Source: Dehalococcoidia bacterium
GTDB lineage: Bacteria > Chloroflexota > Dehalococcoidia > DSTF01 > JACRBR01
Direction: 5' to 3'
Assembly: GCA_040902505.1 (NCBI GenBank)
Contig: JBBDXE010000025.1
Location: 16,221-80,220, forward strand
DNA length: 64,000 nucleotides
Every line of letters starts with the position of its first letter. Within the stretch, counting starts at the first letter, position 1. Position numbers and translations under genes: made by a program. A model generated the notes under the pieces. It worked only from the letters and a program-made list of their open reading frames with translations. It did not search any database and had not been told where the DNA came from. Positions 16,101 through 25,636 of the stretch are shown here, piece after piece.

Positions 16101-16957
16101 GTCGCGATGGAGACATACGCAAGCGTCCCAGGAAAGAGCGTGGTCCGCTGGGACTGATCCTCAGCATCGCCGCTGCTTACGGAGACGGTCCCCTGGCCCG
16201 AGTGGATGATCAATTGTCTACCGGTCTGCCGCATGTCTTGAGCGATACCATACAGGCCAATGCCTCTCGTCCTTTCGCCTGTGCCGGTAACTCGCTCACG
16301 CAGAGCAAGCTTGATCGCGTCCCAGTCGTAAGGCACCGAGTCGCGAAGCGCCGGGTTGCGCTCTAATGCGCGCCGTATACCGATGCCGCCGTCTGCCACC
16401 GCGCAGATGAACCGCTTACCCCGCTCGAACTGATAGAACTGTATCAGCCCCAGCCCTCCTATCGGCGATTCGGCGTGCTGAACCGCGTTAAGGGCAAGCT
16501 CAGCGAACGCTTCGCTCACGATAGGGTGGATGTTAGCGGAACCGAGTCCAGCCTGCGACAGAGTATCGAGCGCCGTCTCCGCAAGATTCTCAACATCATC
16601 CGCGCTGAAGAACCGCGTGAGTGGAAGTATGCTCTGAGGGTTCACCTGATCCCGAATCCCGCGATCATCAACCTCCACGCCGACCTCTTGAAGCATGCCA
16701 AACAACCCCAGTGACTTGAGGTACACACAAACGCCGACGTTCTCGGGTACCAGGAGCCTGCATTGCCGCGCCCGCCGGGCAGCGAGCATCGGGTAGATCG
16801 CGCACCAGAGGACCGCTGCTGGCCGGACAAATTCGCAGGCCCGCATATCGATGTCGACCAGATCCTCCCGAAACGAAGGCTCTCGTGGATCTCGCGACGC
16901 ATCGCGCGGCGAAAGCAACCCCGCGTGATAAAAGTCCGCCGGCGTGGTGATGTTCAT
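16097..16957 (-). CDS. GHKL-family ATPase (RsbW/anti-sigma-regulatory-factor-like HATPase_c) with N-terminal extension
   Basis: N-box ELALNAVQHA, G1 DGGIGI and G2 GIGLYG. Start taken at the internal Met (MNITTPADFY) to avoid a 29-nt overlap with the CoA-transferase stop; the ORF track extends to 16993. Confidence 0.65.
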   Translation of the reverse strand: MNITTPADFYHAGLLSPRDASRDPREPSFREDLVDIDMRACEFVRPAAVLWCAIYPMLAARRARQCRLLVPENVGVCVYLKSLGLFGMLQEVGVEVDDRGIRDQVNPQSILPLTRFFSADDVENLAETALDTLSQAGLGSANIHPIVSEAFAELALNAVQHAESPIGGLGLIQFYQFERGKRFICAVADGGIGIRRALERNPALRDSVPYDWDAIKLALRERVTGTGERTRGIGLYGIAQDMRQTGRQLIIHSGQGTVSVSSGDAEDQSQRTTLFPGTLAYVSIAT

Positions 16958-16964
16958 CAGATGG

Positions 16965-18266
16965 CTATTCGGAGAGGCCGCGGCCGAGGACACCCTTCGC
17001 GCGGAGGGTGGCGATGCGGGCTTCGTCGAAGCCGAGTTCGCGGAGGACTTCGTCGGTGTGCTGGCCGAGGGTGGGGGAGGAGCCCTGCACGCGCAGGGGG
17101 GTCTCGCTCATCTGCATCATGGGACCGACCATGCGGACGGGGCCCATCATGGGGTGTTCAACTTCGGTCACGAAGCCGTTCTCGATGACCTGCGGATCGT
17201 CGAGCAGCTCCTCGGTGAACTTCAGGGGACCAGCGGGCACGCCGGCGTCATCGAGGATGCGCAGCCACTGCTCGGTGGGCTTCGCGATGAAGATCGCCTC
17301 GGCCTTCGCGACAAGCTCCTTCCCGTAGGCCTGCACCGTCGGGTCGGCTACGTCGATCTCGTCCGGGCGCTTGCCGATGCGCCAGTCCTCCATGCCGATG
17401 GCGCCGAGGAGCTTCTTGCGGAGGGGGGTGCTCAGGCAGCCGACGGCGACGAAGCCATCGGCGGTGCGGTAGCAGCGGTAGTAGATGTTCCCCACGACGG
17501 GGTGGATGCCGGCGATGATCTCCCGCTGTTCCTTGTAGGAGCCGCCGGTGTGACGCAGCTCGTCCACGCGGTCGATGGCGGCCAGGCGCTGCTCGGTGTC
17601 GACGGCCTCGATGGACATGAAGCGTCCGGACTGGATCGCCAGTGCGCTGGCCATGAGGGCGGTGCTGATGGACTGGCCGCGGCCGGTGCGCTCGCGCGCG
17701 TAGAGGGCGGCGCAGATGCCCCAGGCGATGGCGAGGCCGGTCGAGAGGTCGGCGGAGGGGAGGGCGTTCAGCAGCGGGACGCCGTTCTCCTCGCGGCCCT
17801 CGACGGACATGAGGCCGGTGACGGCCTGGGCGATGAGGTCGTAGCCAGGGCGGTGGGCGTAGGGGCCGCGGCGGCCGAAGGCGGTGTTGTCGCAGTAGAT
17901 GAGGCGCGGGTTCAGGGCGGAGAGGGTGGCGTAGTCGATGCCGAGCTTCGCCGAGACGTCGGGGCGGTAGTTGATGATGACGGCGTCGGAGCGGGCGGCG
18001 AGGGCGTGGGCGATCTCGCGGGCCTCGGGGGTGTTGAGGTCGAGGGTGATGCCGCGCTTGCCGCGGTTGAGGGCGATGTAGCCGCGGCTCTCGCGCAGGC
18101 CGAGGGGCTGGAAGCCGCGCCAGGGCTCGCCGGAGGGGGGTTCGACCTTGATGACGTCGGCGCCCATGTCGGAGAGCATCATGCCGCCGAAGGGGGCGGC
18201 GATGATCTCGGAGAACTCGAGGACCTTCACGCCCGAGAGGGGGCCGGGGTGTGGGTCGTGAGTCAC
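16965..18266 (-). CDS. CoA-transferase family III (CaiB/BaiF) protein
   Basis: GVKVLEFSEIIAAPFGGMMLSDMGADVIKVE...NYRP...GYDLIAQAVTGLMS, the characteristic family III signature. Confidence 0.85.
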   Translation of the reverse strand: MTHDPHPGPLSGVKVLEFSEIIAAPFGGMMLSDMGADVIKVEPPSGEPWRGFQPLGLRESRGYIALNRGKRGITLDLNTPEAREIAHALAARSDAVIINYRPDVSAKLGIDYATLSALNPRLIYCDNTAFGRRGPYAHRPGYDLIAQAVTGLMSVEGREENGVPLLNALPSADLSTGLAIAWGICAALYARERTGRGQSISTALMASALAIQSGRFMSIEAVDTEQRLAAIDRVDELRHTGGSYKEQREIIAGIHPVVGNIYYRCYRTADGFVAVGCLSTPLRKKLLGAIGMEDWRIGKRPDEIDVADPTVQAYGKELVAKAEAIFIAKPTEQWLRILDDAGVPAGPLKFTEELLDDPQVIENGFVTEVEHPMMGPVRMVGPMMQMSETPLRVQGSSPTLGQHTDEVLRELGFDEARIATLRAKGVLGRGLSE

Positions 18267-18530
18267 TGTCGCCTCCGCCGCTGGGATGCTCGCGAGGTGG
18301 GCTTAGTATAGGGAAAGGGTGACGGCGAGGGGTGAATCGCACGTGGGCGCTTCGCATCCCTTTGGGCTGCTCCGCTTCAAGAAGTTGTTGATGGATGGGG
18401 GACACCCCCACACCCCCGGCAGGGGAGGGCCCCTGCACGCCCAGCGTTGAACCGCCCACCGACCGCATTGGGAGAGACAGAACTCGACACGCGTAGCTTC
18501 GGCACTTGTTGACGTGTCGAGCGAGTGGGT

Positions 18531-18854
18531 TTACACGCGGACCGATGAGGCGCGGAGGGCCCATTCGCGGAGGAGGGTGGGGTCGGCGAGGACGCCGGGC
18601 GGGACTTCGAAGTGGCGGTCGACGGTCCGGGGGCCACGGGGGCGGTGGCGGGGCTGGAGCGGGGGCATGCCGCGCTGGACATACGCGGGGCGGGTCTCGT
18701 CGTCGGTGCGGAAGTAGAGGACGCCATCGAAGATCACGGCGAAGAAGCGATCCTCGAGGTAGAAGCCGAGGCCGCCGAACAGGCGTCGCGACCGGACAGG
18801 GAGCGGCGCGAGCGCGTCCAGCACGCGCTCGCGCAGATCTTCGCCGGGGGTCAC
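18531..18854 (-). CDS. TfoX/Sxy N-terminal domain protein
   Basis: RRLFGGLGFYLEDRFFAVIFDGVLYFRTD matches the TfoX_N consensus (MFGGxGxYxxGxxFAxxxDGxLYLK). Confidence 0.6.
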   Translation of the reverse strand: MTPGEDLRERVLDALAPLPVRSRRLFGGLGFYLEDRFFAVIFDGVLYFRTDDETRPAYVQRGMPPLQPRHRPRGPRTVDRHFEVPPGVLADPTLLREWALRASSVRV

Positions 18855-20896
18855 GCGGGGACGGGCGTGCGGGTGCGGCTCCGGCGGGCTCGGCGCGGGG
18901 CGGCGGGACGGGCGGTGCGGCGAGGCCTGGCGGGGGCGTGGGCGGCGTACCAGGCGAGGATGCGCTCATCGCCATCGACCTGCTGGGAGGGGGTGTGGGT
19001 GGCGAAGGTGTGGAAGCCGCCGGGGTAGCGGACGAACTCCACTTCTTTCCCCATCACCTTCAGCCCCTGGAAGATCTCCTCGGCCTGGCTGATCGGACAG
19101 CGCAGGTCGCCCTCGTGATGCATGAGGAGGACGGGCGTCTTCACGTTGGGCAGGTAGGTGGTGGCGGAGTGCTTCCGGTAGCCGTCCGGGTTGCTCCAGG
19201 GCGTGCCGCCGATCTCGTAGATGGCGAAACGAGGGATGTCGGTGGTGCCGAACATGCTGACCTCGTCGGCGGCGGGTGCGCCGATGACGCCGGCGCGGAA
19301 GCGGTCGGTGTGGCCGACGACCCAGGTGGTCATGAAGCCGCCGTAGGAGTAGCCCTGGACGTAGAGCTGCGCGGGGTCGGCGACGCCGCGGCGCACGAGC
19401 GCATCGACAGTGGCCATGAGGTCCTCATAGTCTTTGCCGCCCCAGTCGCGGACGCAGCCGGCGGCGAAGGACTCGCCGTAGCCGGTGCTGCCGCGGGGGT
19501 TGGGCATGACGACGACGTAGCCGGCGGCGGCGAGCGACTGGAAGCGCATCCGGAACTGGAAGGGGTGGGTGCCGTGGGGCCCGCCGTGGATGTCGAGCAC
19601 GAGGGGGTAGCGACGGCCGCGCTTGTAGCCGGGCGGGAAGAGCACGAACGACTCGACCTCGAGGCCGTCGGGCGCGCGGACGGACATGCGTCGGGTGGGG
19701 GCGTATTCGACCTGCGCTCGCAGATCGTCGTTGGCGTGGCTGAGGTTGCGTTCGCGGGCGCGCTCGCCGAGGGCGGTGACGTAGAGCTCCGCCGGCTCGG
19801 ACGCCCACTGGGCGGAGAAGGCGACGTGCTGGCCGTCGGGGGTGAGGGCGAAGGCGTCGATCTGGCGCTCACCGTCGAGGACCTTGCTAACGGAGCCGTT
19901 GGCGACGCCGGCGCGGAACAGCGCGATGGTGCCGCGGTCAGAGGCGAGGAAGAGCACGCCTTCTCCGCGAGGCAGCCAGGCGAACGTGCGGCCGGCGGCG
20001 GCGGGGAAGCCGAAGGCGGGGCGGTCGAGGGAGGCGCTGAGGGAGCGGGGCGGGGCGCCCCCGGCCACGGGCACCACAAGCAGGTGCGTGTTCTTGTCGC
20101 CGGCGTCGCCGTTCTCGTGGCCGACGAATGCGACCTTACGGCCGTCAGGGGAGAAGGCGGGGTAGGCGGCGCCGCCCTTGCCGCGGGTGAGCTTGCGGGC
20201 GCGGCCGCCGGCCGACGGCACGACCCAGACGTCGGTGCGCCAGTGACGCTGGTGGCGGTTGCGGTCGCGGTCGGAGACGAAGGCGATGCACTTGCCGTCG
20301 GGCGACCACGACGGCTGGTCGTCGAACCAGTCGCCGCCGGTGATCTGCGTCTCGGCGCCGGTCTCGACGTCAACGGTAAAGATGTGAATGCGGCGGACGT
20401 CGAAGTAGCCGATGCCGTCGAGGCGGTAGCGGAGGTCGCGGATGACGCGGGGGGCGGCGCGCTCGGCGGGTTTGCGCTCCTTCGACTCCTTGTAGTCGCC
20501 GGTGCGGGCGGTGTAGGCGATGCGGGCACCGTCAGGGGACCAGGCGGGGCTCATGACGCCGAACTTTGCCTTCGTGACCTGGCGCGCTTCGCCGCCATCG
20601 AGGGGGGCGATGAAGATCTGGTTCTTCTCGCCGCGGTCGGAGACGAAGGCGAGGTAGCGGCCGTCGGGGGACCAGCGGGGGCTGTGGTCGCGCTTCCCGA
20701 AGGTAAAGCGGCGAGCGGGGCGCTTGCCGTCGACAGGGGCGACGTGGACAGCGATGCGCATCTCGTCGACCTCGCGGTCGCTTGTGGCGACGACGTAGGC
20801 GACCTGCTTGCCATCGGGTGAGATCTGGGGGTCGGTGACGGTGCGGAGGTCGTAGAAGTCGCCGGGTTGGGCGGTCCGCCTGCTGGTCTGGGGCAT
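18851..20896 (-). CDS. S9 family serine peptidase (acylaminoacyl-peptidase/prolyl-oligopeptidase type) with N-terminal beta-propeller
   Basis: Repeated SPDGK/SPDGR beta-propeller blades (PQISPDGKQVAY, PRWSPDGRYLAF, PAWSPDGARIAY, PSWSPDGKCIAF, PAFSPDGRKVAF). C-terminal alpha/beta hydrolase with GYSYGG nucleophile elbow and ...HHEGD... Confidence 0.85.
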   Translation of the reverse strand: MPQTSRRTAQPGDFYDLRTVTDPQISPDGKQVAYVVATSDREVDEMRIAVHVAPVDGKRPARRFTFGKRDHSPRWSPDGRYLAFVSDRGEKNQIFIAPLDGGEARQVTKAKFGVMSPAWSPDGARIAYTARTGDYKESKERKPAERAAPRVIRDLRYRLDGIGYFDVRRIHIFTVDVETGAETQITGGDWFDDQPSWSPDGKCIAFVSDRDRNRHQRHWRTDVWVVPSAGGRARKLTRGKGGAAYPAFSPDGRKVAFVGHENGDAGDKNTHLLVVPVAGGAPPRSLSASLDRPAFGFPAAAGRTFAWLPRGEGVLFLASDRGTIALFRAGVANGSVSKVLDGERQIDAFALTPDGQHVAFSAQWASEPAELYVTALGERARERNLSHANDDLRAQVEYAPTRRMSVRAPDGLEVESFVLFPPGYKRGRRYPLVLDIHGGPHGTHPFQFRMRFQSLAAAGYVVVMPNPRGSTGYGESFAAGCVRDWGGKDYEDLMATVDALVRRGVADPAQLYVQGYSYGGFMTTWVVGHTDRFRAGVIGAPAADEVSMFGTTDIPRFAIYEIGGTPWSNPDGYRKHSATTYLPNVKTPVLLMHHEGDLRCPISQAEEIFQGLKVMGKEVEFVRYPGGFHTFATHTPSQQVDGDERILAWYAAHAPARPRRTARPAAPRRARRSRTRTPVPA

Positions 20897-21099
20897 GAGT
20901 GCACCTCCTGATGTGCGGAAGGCTACGATAGCACCTTCGGGCGGCTACCTCACCTCCTGCCCTCACCACGGCGAGTCTACGACCTCCCCGGACTTCGCGG
21001 AGAAGGGGGCGGCCGGCGTGGCGGCATGCGTGGGTCTCGCGCGGGCTGAAAGGCCGCGCGGCCGCGCCACATCTGACACGCAGGCGCCCGTGCAACGGC

Positions 21100-21528
21100 C
21101 TACGGGAGCTGCTTCTCCATGGCGACGTGGGGGATGCCGACTTCGTCGTAGATGTCGCCGTCGCGGCGGTAGCCAGCGCGCTCGTAGAAGTCCGAGGCGT
21201 GGAGCTGGGCGCTCAGCCGCAAGACAGGTGCGCCGCGGGCCGCGGCCTCCCGCTCGAGGGCTTCGAGGATGAGGCGGCCGATGCCCTCTCCGCGGCGGGG
21301 AGGAAGCACGGCCATGCGGCCGACCTTCGCGTAGCCGTCCGAGAGGAGGAGGCGGCCTGCGCCGACGGGGGTGGGGCCGTCGTAGGCGACGCAGTGGACG
21401 GCGGTCGCGTCGTGGTCGTCCAACTCCTCGTTGCTAGGGATGCCCTGCTCGTCGACGAAGACGGCGATACGGACGGCGAAGGCGTCGTCGCGTTGCTGCG
21501 GCGTCCCCGCGAGGACGACCGCGATCAC
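21100..21528 (-). CDS. GNAT family N-acetyltransferase (small)
   Basis: GTG start (VIAVVLAG...). Motif A MAVLPPRRGEGIGRLILEALEREAAARGA. About 142 aa. Confidence 0.75.
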   Translation of the reverse strand: MIAVVLAGTPQQRDDAFAVRIAVFVDEQGIPSNEELDDHDATAVHCVAYDGPTPVGAGRLLLSDGYAKVGRMAVLPPRRGEGIGRLILEALEREAAARGAPVLRLSAQLHASDFYERAGYRRDGDIYDEVGIPHVAMEKQLP

Positions 21529-22141
21529 GCGCCGCCCTGCGCCATTTTGCGACGCCGGAGATCGCTGGCGCTCCGTTGAGCCGGAAGTGATCGATCCTGG
21601 CGATGCCGAAGCCGGCGTCGCGCATTGCCTGCTCGGTACGCCTGTTGGCGTGGCAGCCGGCGGAGACCCAGCCGTACACCGGCTGCACCACGTCAAGGAG
21701 GCGCCCGAAGAGGCCCTCCGGCCGAACGTGCTCGATGAACCGATATTCGCCACCGGGGCGGAGCACGCGCCGGATCTCGCCGAGGGACGCGCGCTGGTCC
21801 TGGACCGTGCAGAGCGAGATCGTGCACACGACCGCATCGAACGAGGCGTCCGGGAAGGGCAGCTTCTCGGCGGGGGCTTCACGCAGATCGACGATCGCAG
21901 ACGTTCGCTTTGATTCGGCGCGGCGGAGCATGTACGGATCGGGATCAGTCGCGGTGACGCGCGCCTCCGGGGGATAATGCGCGAAGTTCGCGCCCGTGCC
22001 GGCACCGATCTCGAGTACGTCGCCCCTGATCCCGGCAAGCAGTTCGCGCCGCTTCGCTCCCAGCACGCGCCTCTCGGTGCGGGCCATGAACCGGTCGTAC
22101 ATCCCGGCGAACCATCGGTGTCCTGTCATACCCCTGATCAT
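21434..22141 (-). CDS. class I SAM-dependent methyltransferase (Methyltransf_11/25-like)
   Basis: VLEIGAGTGANFAHY motif I, DAVVCTISLC, LRPGGEYRFIEH. The C-terminal about 30 codons overlap the downstream GNAT gene (about 95 nt); a frameshift or earlier stop is possible. Confidence 0.7.
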   Translation of the reverse strand: MIRGMTGHRWFAGMYDRFMARTERRVLGAKRRELLAGIRGDVLEIGAGTGANFAHYPPEARVTATDPDPYMLRRAESKRTSAIVDLREAPAEKLPFPDASFDAVVCTISLCTVQDQRASLGEIRRVLRPGGEYRFIEHVRPEGLFGRLLDVVQPVYGWVSAGCHANRRTEQAMRDAGFGIARIDHFRLNGAPAISGVAKWRRAARDRGRPRGDAAATRRRLRRPYRRLRRRAGHP

Positions 22142-22266
22142 AGATCGTGAAGACGGGGAGGGCGCGGCGAGCCGCGCCCCTACGCGCCGGAATCCGAAGC
22201 GATGGATCGGCAAAGGAGGGGCGGACACGCTGGTCCGCCCCTTCGATCAGCTTGTCGGCGACATGC

Positions 22267-23754
22267 CTAGTTGAGCTTGAGCTGGATGGCCTTGGTCTCC
22301 ATGTATTCCTCGAGGCCTTCGTGGCCGAGCTCGCGGCCGATGCCGCTTTGCTTGTAGCCGCCGTAGGGCATGTGCGGAAGGCCAGCGCTGTGATACGTGT
22401 TCACCCACACCGTGCCGGCCTGGATGCCCTTCGCCATCTTGAAGGCGGTGTCGACGTTCTTCGTCCACACCGCCGCGGCGAGGCCGTAGATGGTGTCGTT
22501 GGCGATGCGGAGGGCGTCGTCAGTGTCCTTGAAGGTGATGACGGAGAGCACCGGCCCGAAGATCTCTTCCCGGGCGATCTTCATGGAGTTGTCCACGTTA
22601 TCGAAGATCGTGGGCTGGGCGAAGAGGCCATCGTCGTAGCCCTCGCCGGTGAGGCGGCCGCCACCGCAGAGCATCTCGGCGCCTTCCTCCTGGCCGGCGT
22701 GCACGTAGCCGACGACCTTCTGGAGCTGCGCCTCGTTGATCACGGGGCCCATGGTGACGGAGGGGTCCTCGGGGTTGCCGACCTTGATGGTCCTGGTGAA
22801 GGCGGTGAGCTTTGCCATGAACTCGTCCTTCACGGACTCCTGGACGAGGAGGCGGGAGCCGGCCTGGCAGACCTGGCCAGTGTTGAGGTAGATGCCGAAG
22901 AAGGAGCCGCCGACGGCCTGGTCGACGTTGGCGTCAGCGAAGACGACGTTGGGAGACTTGCCACCCAGCTCGAGCGAGATCTTCTTGAGGTTACCGGAGG
23001 CCGCCTGCATGATGGTCTTGCCGACGGCGGTGGATCCGGTGAAGGCGATCTTGTCGACCCTGGGGCTCGACGCCAGCTCGGCGCCGACGACGGGGCCGGG
23101 GCCGGTGACGACGTTGATCACGCCCTTCGGGGCGCCCGCCTCGGTGACGATGCGCGCCAGCTCGAACGTAGTGCCGGCGGTGAACTCCGACGGCTTGGCG
23201 ACGATGGTGCAGCCCGCGGCGAGGGCGGGGCCGAGCTTCCAGCTGATCAGCAGCACGGGGAAGTTCCACGGCGTGATGACGCCGACGACGCCGACCGGCT
23301 CGTGGACAGTGAGGCCGACGGCGTCCGGGACGAAGTTGGTGATAGCGTCGCCCTTGATATCGAGTGCGAGGCCGGCGTAGTAGTCGTACACGTCGGCGGA
23401 CATGGCGATTTCGGCGATGGCCATGTTCTGCGGCTTGCCGACCTCCTTCGAGAGGAGCTGCGCGAGCGGCACCATCTCCTGGCGCAGCTTCGCGGCGACG
23501 TTGCGCAGGACGGTGGCGCGGGTGGTGGCCGGTGCCTTCGCCCATGTGCCGGCGTCGAACGCCGCGCGGGCGGCGTCGATGCCCCGGCGGGCGTCTTCTA
23601 CGCCGCCCCAGGGGATGGTCTCGACCGGGGCGCCGTTGGCGGGGTTGAGGCGGGTGTAGGTCTCACCGGACGCCGACGGGACCTGCTCGCCGCCGATGAA
23701 CTGCTGGTAGGTGCGGGCTTCCGCCGTCTTCGGGTCTTTCGTCTCGACAACCAT
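22267..23754 (-). CDS. NAD(P)-dependent aldehyde dehydrogenase
   Basis: Hallmarks VITPWNFP, GGKSP, catalytic LELGGKSPNVVFADA... and Cys region NTGQVCQAGSRLLV (ALDH Cys active site), EEIFGPV. Confidence 0.9.
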   Translation of the reverse strand: MVVETKDPKTAEARTYQQFIGGEQVPSASGETYTRLNPANGAPVETIPWGGVEDARRGIDAARAAFDAGTWAKAPATTRATVLRNVAAKLRQEMVPLAQLLSKEVGKPQNMAIAEIAMSADVYDYYAGLALDIKGDAITNFVPDAVGLTVHEPVGVVGVITPWNFPVLLISWKLGPALAAGCTIVAKPSEFTAGTTFELARIVTEAGAPKGVINVVTGPGPVVGAELASSPRVDKIAFTGSTAVGKTIMQAASGNLKKISLELGGKSPNVVFADANVDQAVGGSFFGIYLNTGQVCQAGSRLLVQESVKDEFMAKLTAFTRTIKVGNPEDPSVTMGPVINEAQLQKVVGYVHAGQEEGAEMLCGGGRLTGEGYDDGLFAQPTIFDNVDNSMKIAREEIFGPVLSVITFKDTDDALRIANDTIYGLAAAVWTKNVDTAFKMAKGIQAGTVWVNTYHSAGLPHMPYGGYKQSGIGRELGHEGLEEYMETKAIQLKLN

Positions 23755-23770
23755 TGATGCCTCCCGTTCT

Positions 23771-23796
23771 ACGTTATGCTCAATTCAGCATAACGT
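23771..23796. promoter_or_regulatory. perfect 10-6-10 inverted repeat ACGTTATGCTcaattcAGCATAACGT in the aldH/hpf divergent intergenic region
   Basis: Perfect 10-bp arms with a 6-bp spacer, 17 nt upstream of the ALDH start. A partial second half-site (gctcaatt) sits at about 23825. Confidence 0.45.
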
Positions 23797-23919
23797 CCTT
23801 CACCGCCACGAGCCACCTTAGCGGTCGCTCAATTAACGATCATACGGGGCACGGACAGCCCGGGCAATCCGGGCTCCTCCGATTGCCGGCCTCGTCGCCG
23901 CGCGGCTACACTCGCCGGG

Positions 23920-24486
23920 ATGGACCTTACCGTCCGCTCCCACCACGCATCCATCGACGACGGGTTCCGCGACCACGCGGAGAAGAAGCTGGGCCGGCTG
24001 GAGCGGCTCCTGCCCCGCATCGGCGACGTGATCGTCGAAGTGGAGCACGAAGAGACGCGGGCCGCATCCCACCGGTACAGCGTGCAGGTGACGGTGCACG
24101 CGGGCGGGTCGGTGCTGCGGGCGGAGGAGCACGGGCCTGACGCCCGAGTGGCGCTCGACCTGGTGTCGGAGGTGCTCCTGATGCAGGCGCGCCGGCACAA
24201 GCAGCGTCTGCAGGAACGCAACCGGGGGCCGGGCGGGAAGGAAGCGATCCCGCCAGCAGCCTCTGCGCCGACCGAAGGCGACGGCGAGGACGATGAGGTG
24301 CTGGACCGCATCGTGCGGGTGAAGCATTTCGAGGCAAAGCCGATGCCGCCAGAGGAAGCACTGGCGCAGATGGACCTGCTGGGGCACGACTTCTTCCTGT
24401 TCCTGGACGCGGAGACGGACGACTACGCGCTGCTGTACCGGCGCCGGAACGGCGACGTCGGCATGTTGAGTCCTCGACGCGCGTAG
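23920..24486 (+). CDS. hpf: ribosome hibernation-promoting factor, long form
   Basis: N-terminal MDLTVRSHHASIDDGFRDHAEKKLGRLERL (S30AE/RaiA fold) and C-terminal RIVRVKHFEAKPMPPEEALAQMDLLGHDFFLFLDAETD dimerisation domain. Confidence 0.85.
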   Translation: MDLTVRSHHASIDDGFRDHAEKKLGRLERLLPRIGDVIVEVEHEETRAASHRYSVQVTVHAGGSVLRAEEHGPDARVALDLVSEVLLMQARRHKQRLQERNRGPGGKEAIPPAASAPTEGDGEDDEVLDRIVRVKHFEAKPMPPEEALAQMDLLGHDFFLFLDAETDDYALLYRRRNGDVGMLSPRRA

Positions 24487-24598
24487 CTGATGTCCGTGGC
24501 GCTGGACACTGGAGGATAGAGGCCGGAAGGGCCGAGCCGGGTTCGCTGTTGCGGACCTTAGCTCTGCGCTGACCACCTGTCACGAAGTTGGTGAGCGG

Positions 24599-25405
24599 AT
24601 GAGCCACGTCGAGCGGTACTACGACGAGCACGCGGAGCAGGAGTGGCTGCGGCTGGAGCGCGACCGCACAGAGTTCGCGCTGACGATACGGGCGCTGGCG
24701 GAGTACCTGCCGCCGGCGCCGGCGAGCGTGCTCGACATCGGCGGGGGGCCGGGGCGGTACGCGATTGCGCTGGCGCAGCGGGGTTACGCGGTGACGCTGG
24801 CGGACCTCTCGCAGGCGGAGCTGGATGTGGCGGCGGCGAAGGCGGTGGAGGCCGGCGTCGTCCTGGATGCGTGCGTGCGGGCCGACGTGCGGGACCTCTC
24901 GCGCTTCGAGGATGAGGTGTTCGACGCAGTGGTGCTGATGGGGCCGCTGTACCACCTGCTGGAGGAGGACGACCGGCTGCGGGCGGTGCGCGAGGGGCTG
25001 AGGGTGCTGCGGGCGGGCGGCGTGCTCTTCGCGGCGTTCATCTCGCGGTACGCGGCGATCCGCTACTGGGCGAAGTACGACCCGATGCAGGTGGTCAACG
25101 ACCTTCCGCGCTACGAGAGCCAGATCGCGACCGGGCAAACCGCGCAGGCGGTGGGGTTCACGGACTTGTACCTCGCGCACCCGACGGAGGTGCAACCGTT
25201 CATGGAGCGTGCGGGGGCCGAGACGCTCGATCTGATCGGCGTCGAGGGGGTGATCAGCATGATCCGCGACAAGGTCCAGGAGCTGACGGGGGAGGCCTGG
25301 GAGCGCTGGATGGACCTGAACTACCGGCTGGGCAGGGATCCCTCGACGCATGGCGGGGCGGAGCACCTGCTGTACGTGGGGCGGAAGGCTTCGGGATCCG
25401 GCTGA
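24599..25405 (+). CDS. class I SAM-dependent methyltransferase
   Basis: VLDIGGGPGRYAIALAQRGYAVTLADLS motif I, DAVVLMGPLYHL, LRAGGVLFAAF. Confidence 0.8.
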   Translation: MSHVERYYDEHAEQEWLRLERDRTEFALTIRALAEYLPPAPASVLDIGGGPGRYAIALAQRGYAVTLADLSQAELDVAAAKAVEAGVVLDACVRADVRDLSRFEDEVFDAVVLMGPLYHLLEEDDRLRAVREGLRVLRAGGVLFAAFISRYAAIRYWAKYDPMQVVNDLPRYESQIATGQTAQAVGFTDLYLAHPTEVQPFMERAGAETLDLIGVEGVISMIRDKVQELTGEAWERWMDLNYRLGRDPSTHGGAEHLLYVGRKASGSG

Positions 25406-25636
25406 TCTTGCGTTGACCACGGGCGGATCGAACGGCTACGCTGCGCCCGATATGTGCGGCAGTGGCGTGAGGCAGCGACTCTAGCACCCGCCCGGATGGC
25501 GGGTCACCCGGCCGGTTCTCCGGCTGGATCGCTGTGTCGCAGGACTGAAGAGGCCTGCTGACGACGCCGATGCCGCGCACTGTTTCACGCCGCTTTTGAT
25601 CATGAACGTCCTTGCGCATCGCCGTCCTCAGCGGGC

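Noticed and set aside
18506-20821. 771-aa plus-strand ORF, and 575-aa ORF at 17248-18975 (minus strand)
   Set aside because: Both are antisense or out-of-frame to the well-supported S9 peptidase and CoA-transferase genes. Gly/Ala/Arg/Pro-rich composition typical of GC-driven spurious ORFs.
22147-23757. 536-aa plus-strand ORF opposite the aldehyde dehydrogenase, and 497-aa ORF at 23927-25420 (minus strand) opposite hpf and the methyltransferase
   Set aside because: Antisense to genes with clear family signatures. No domain features.
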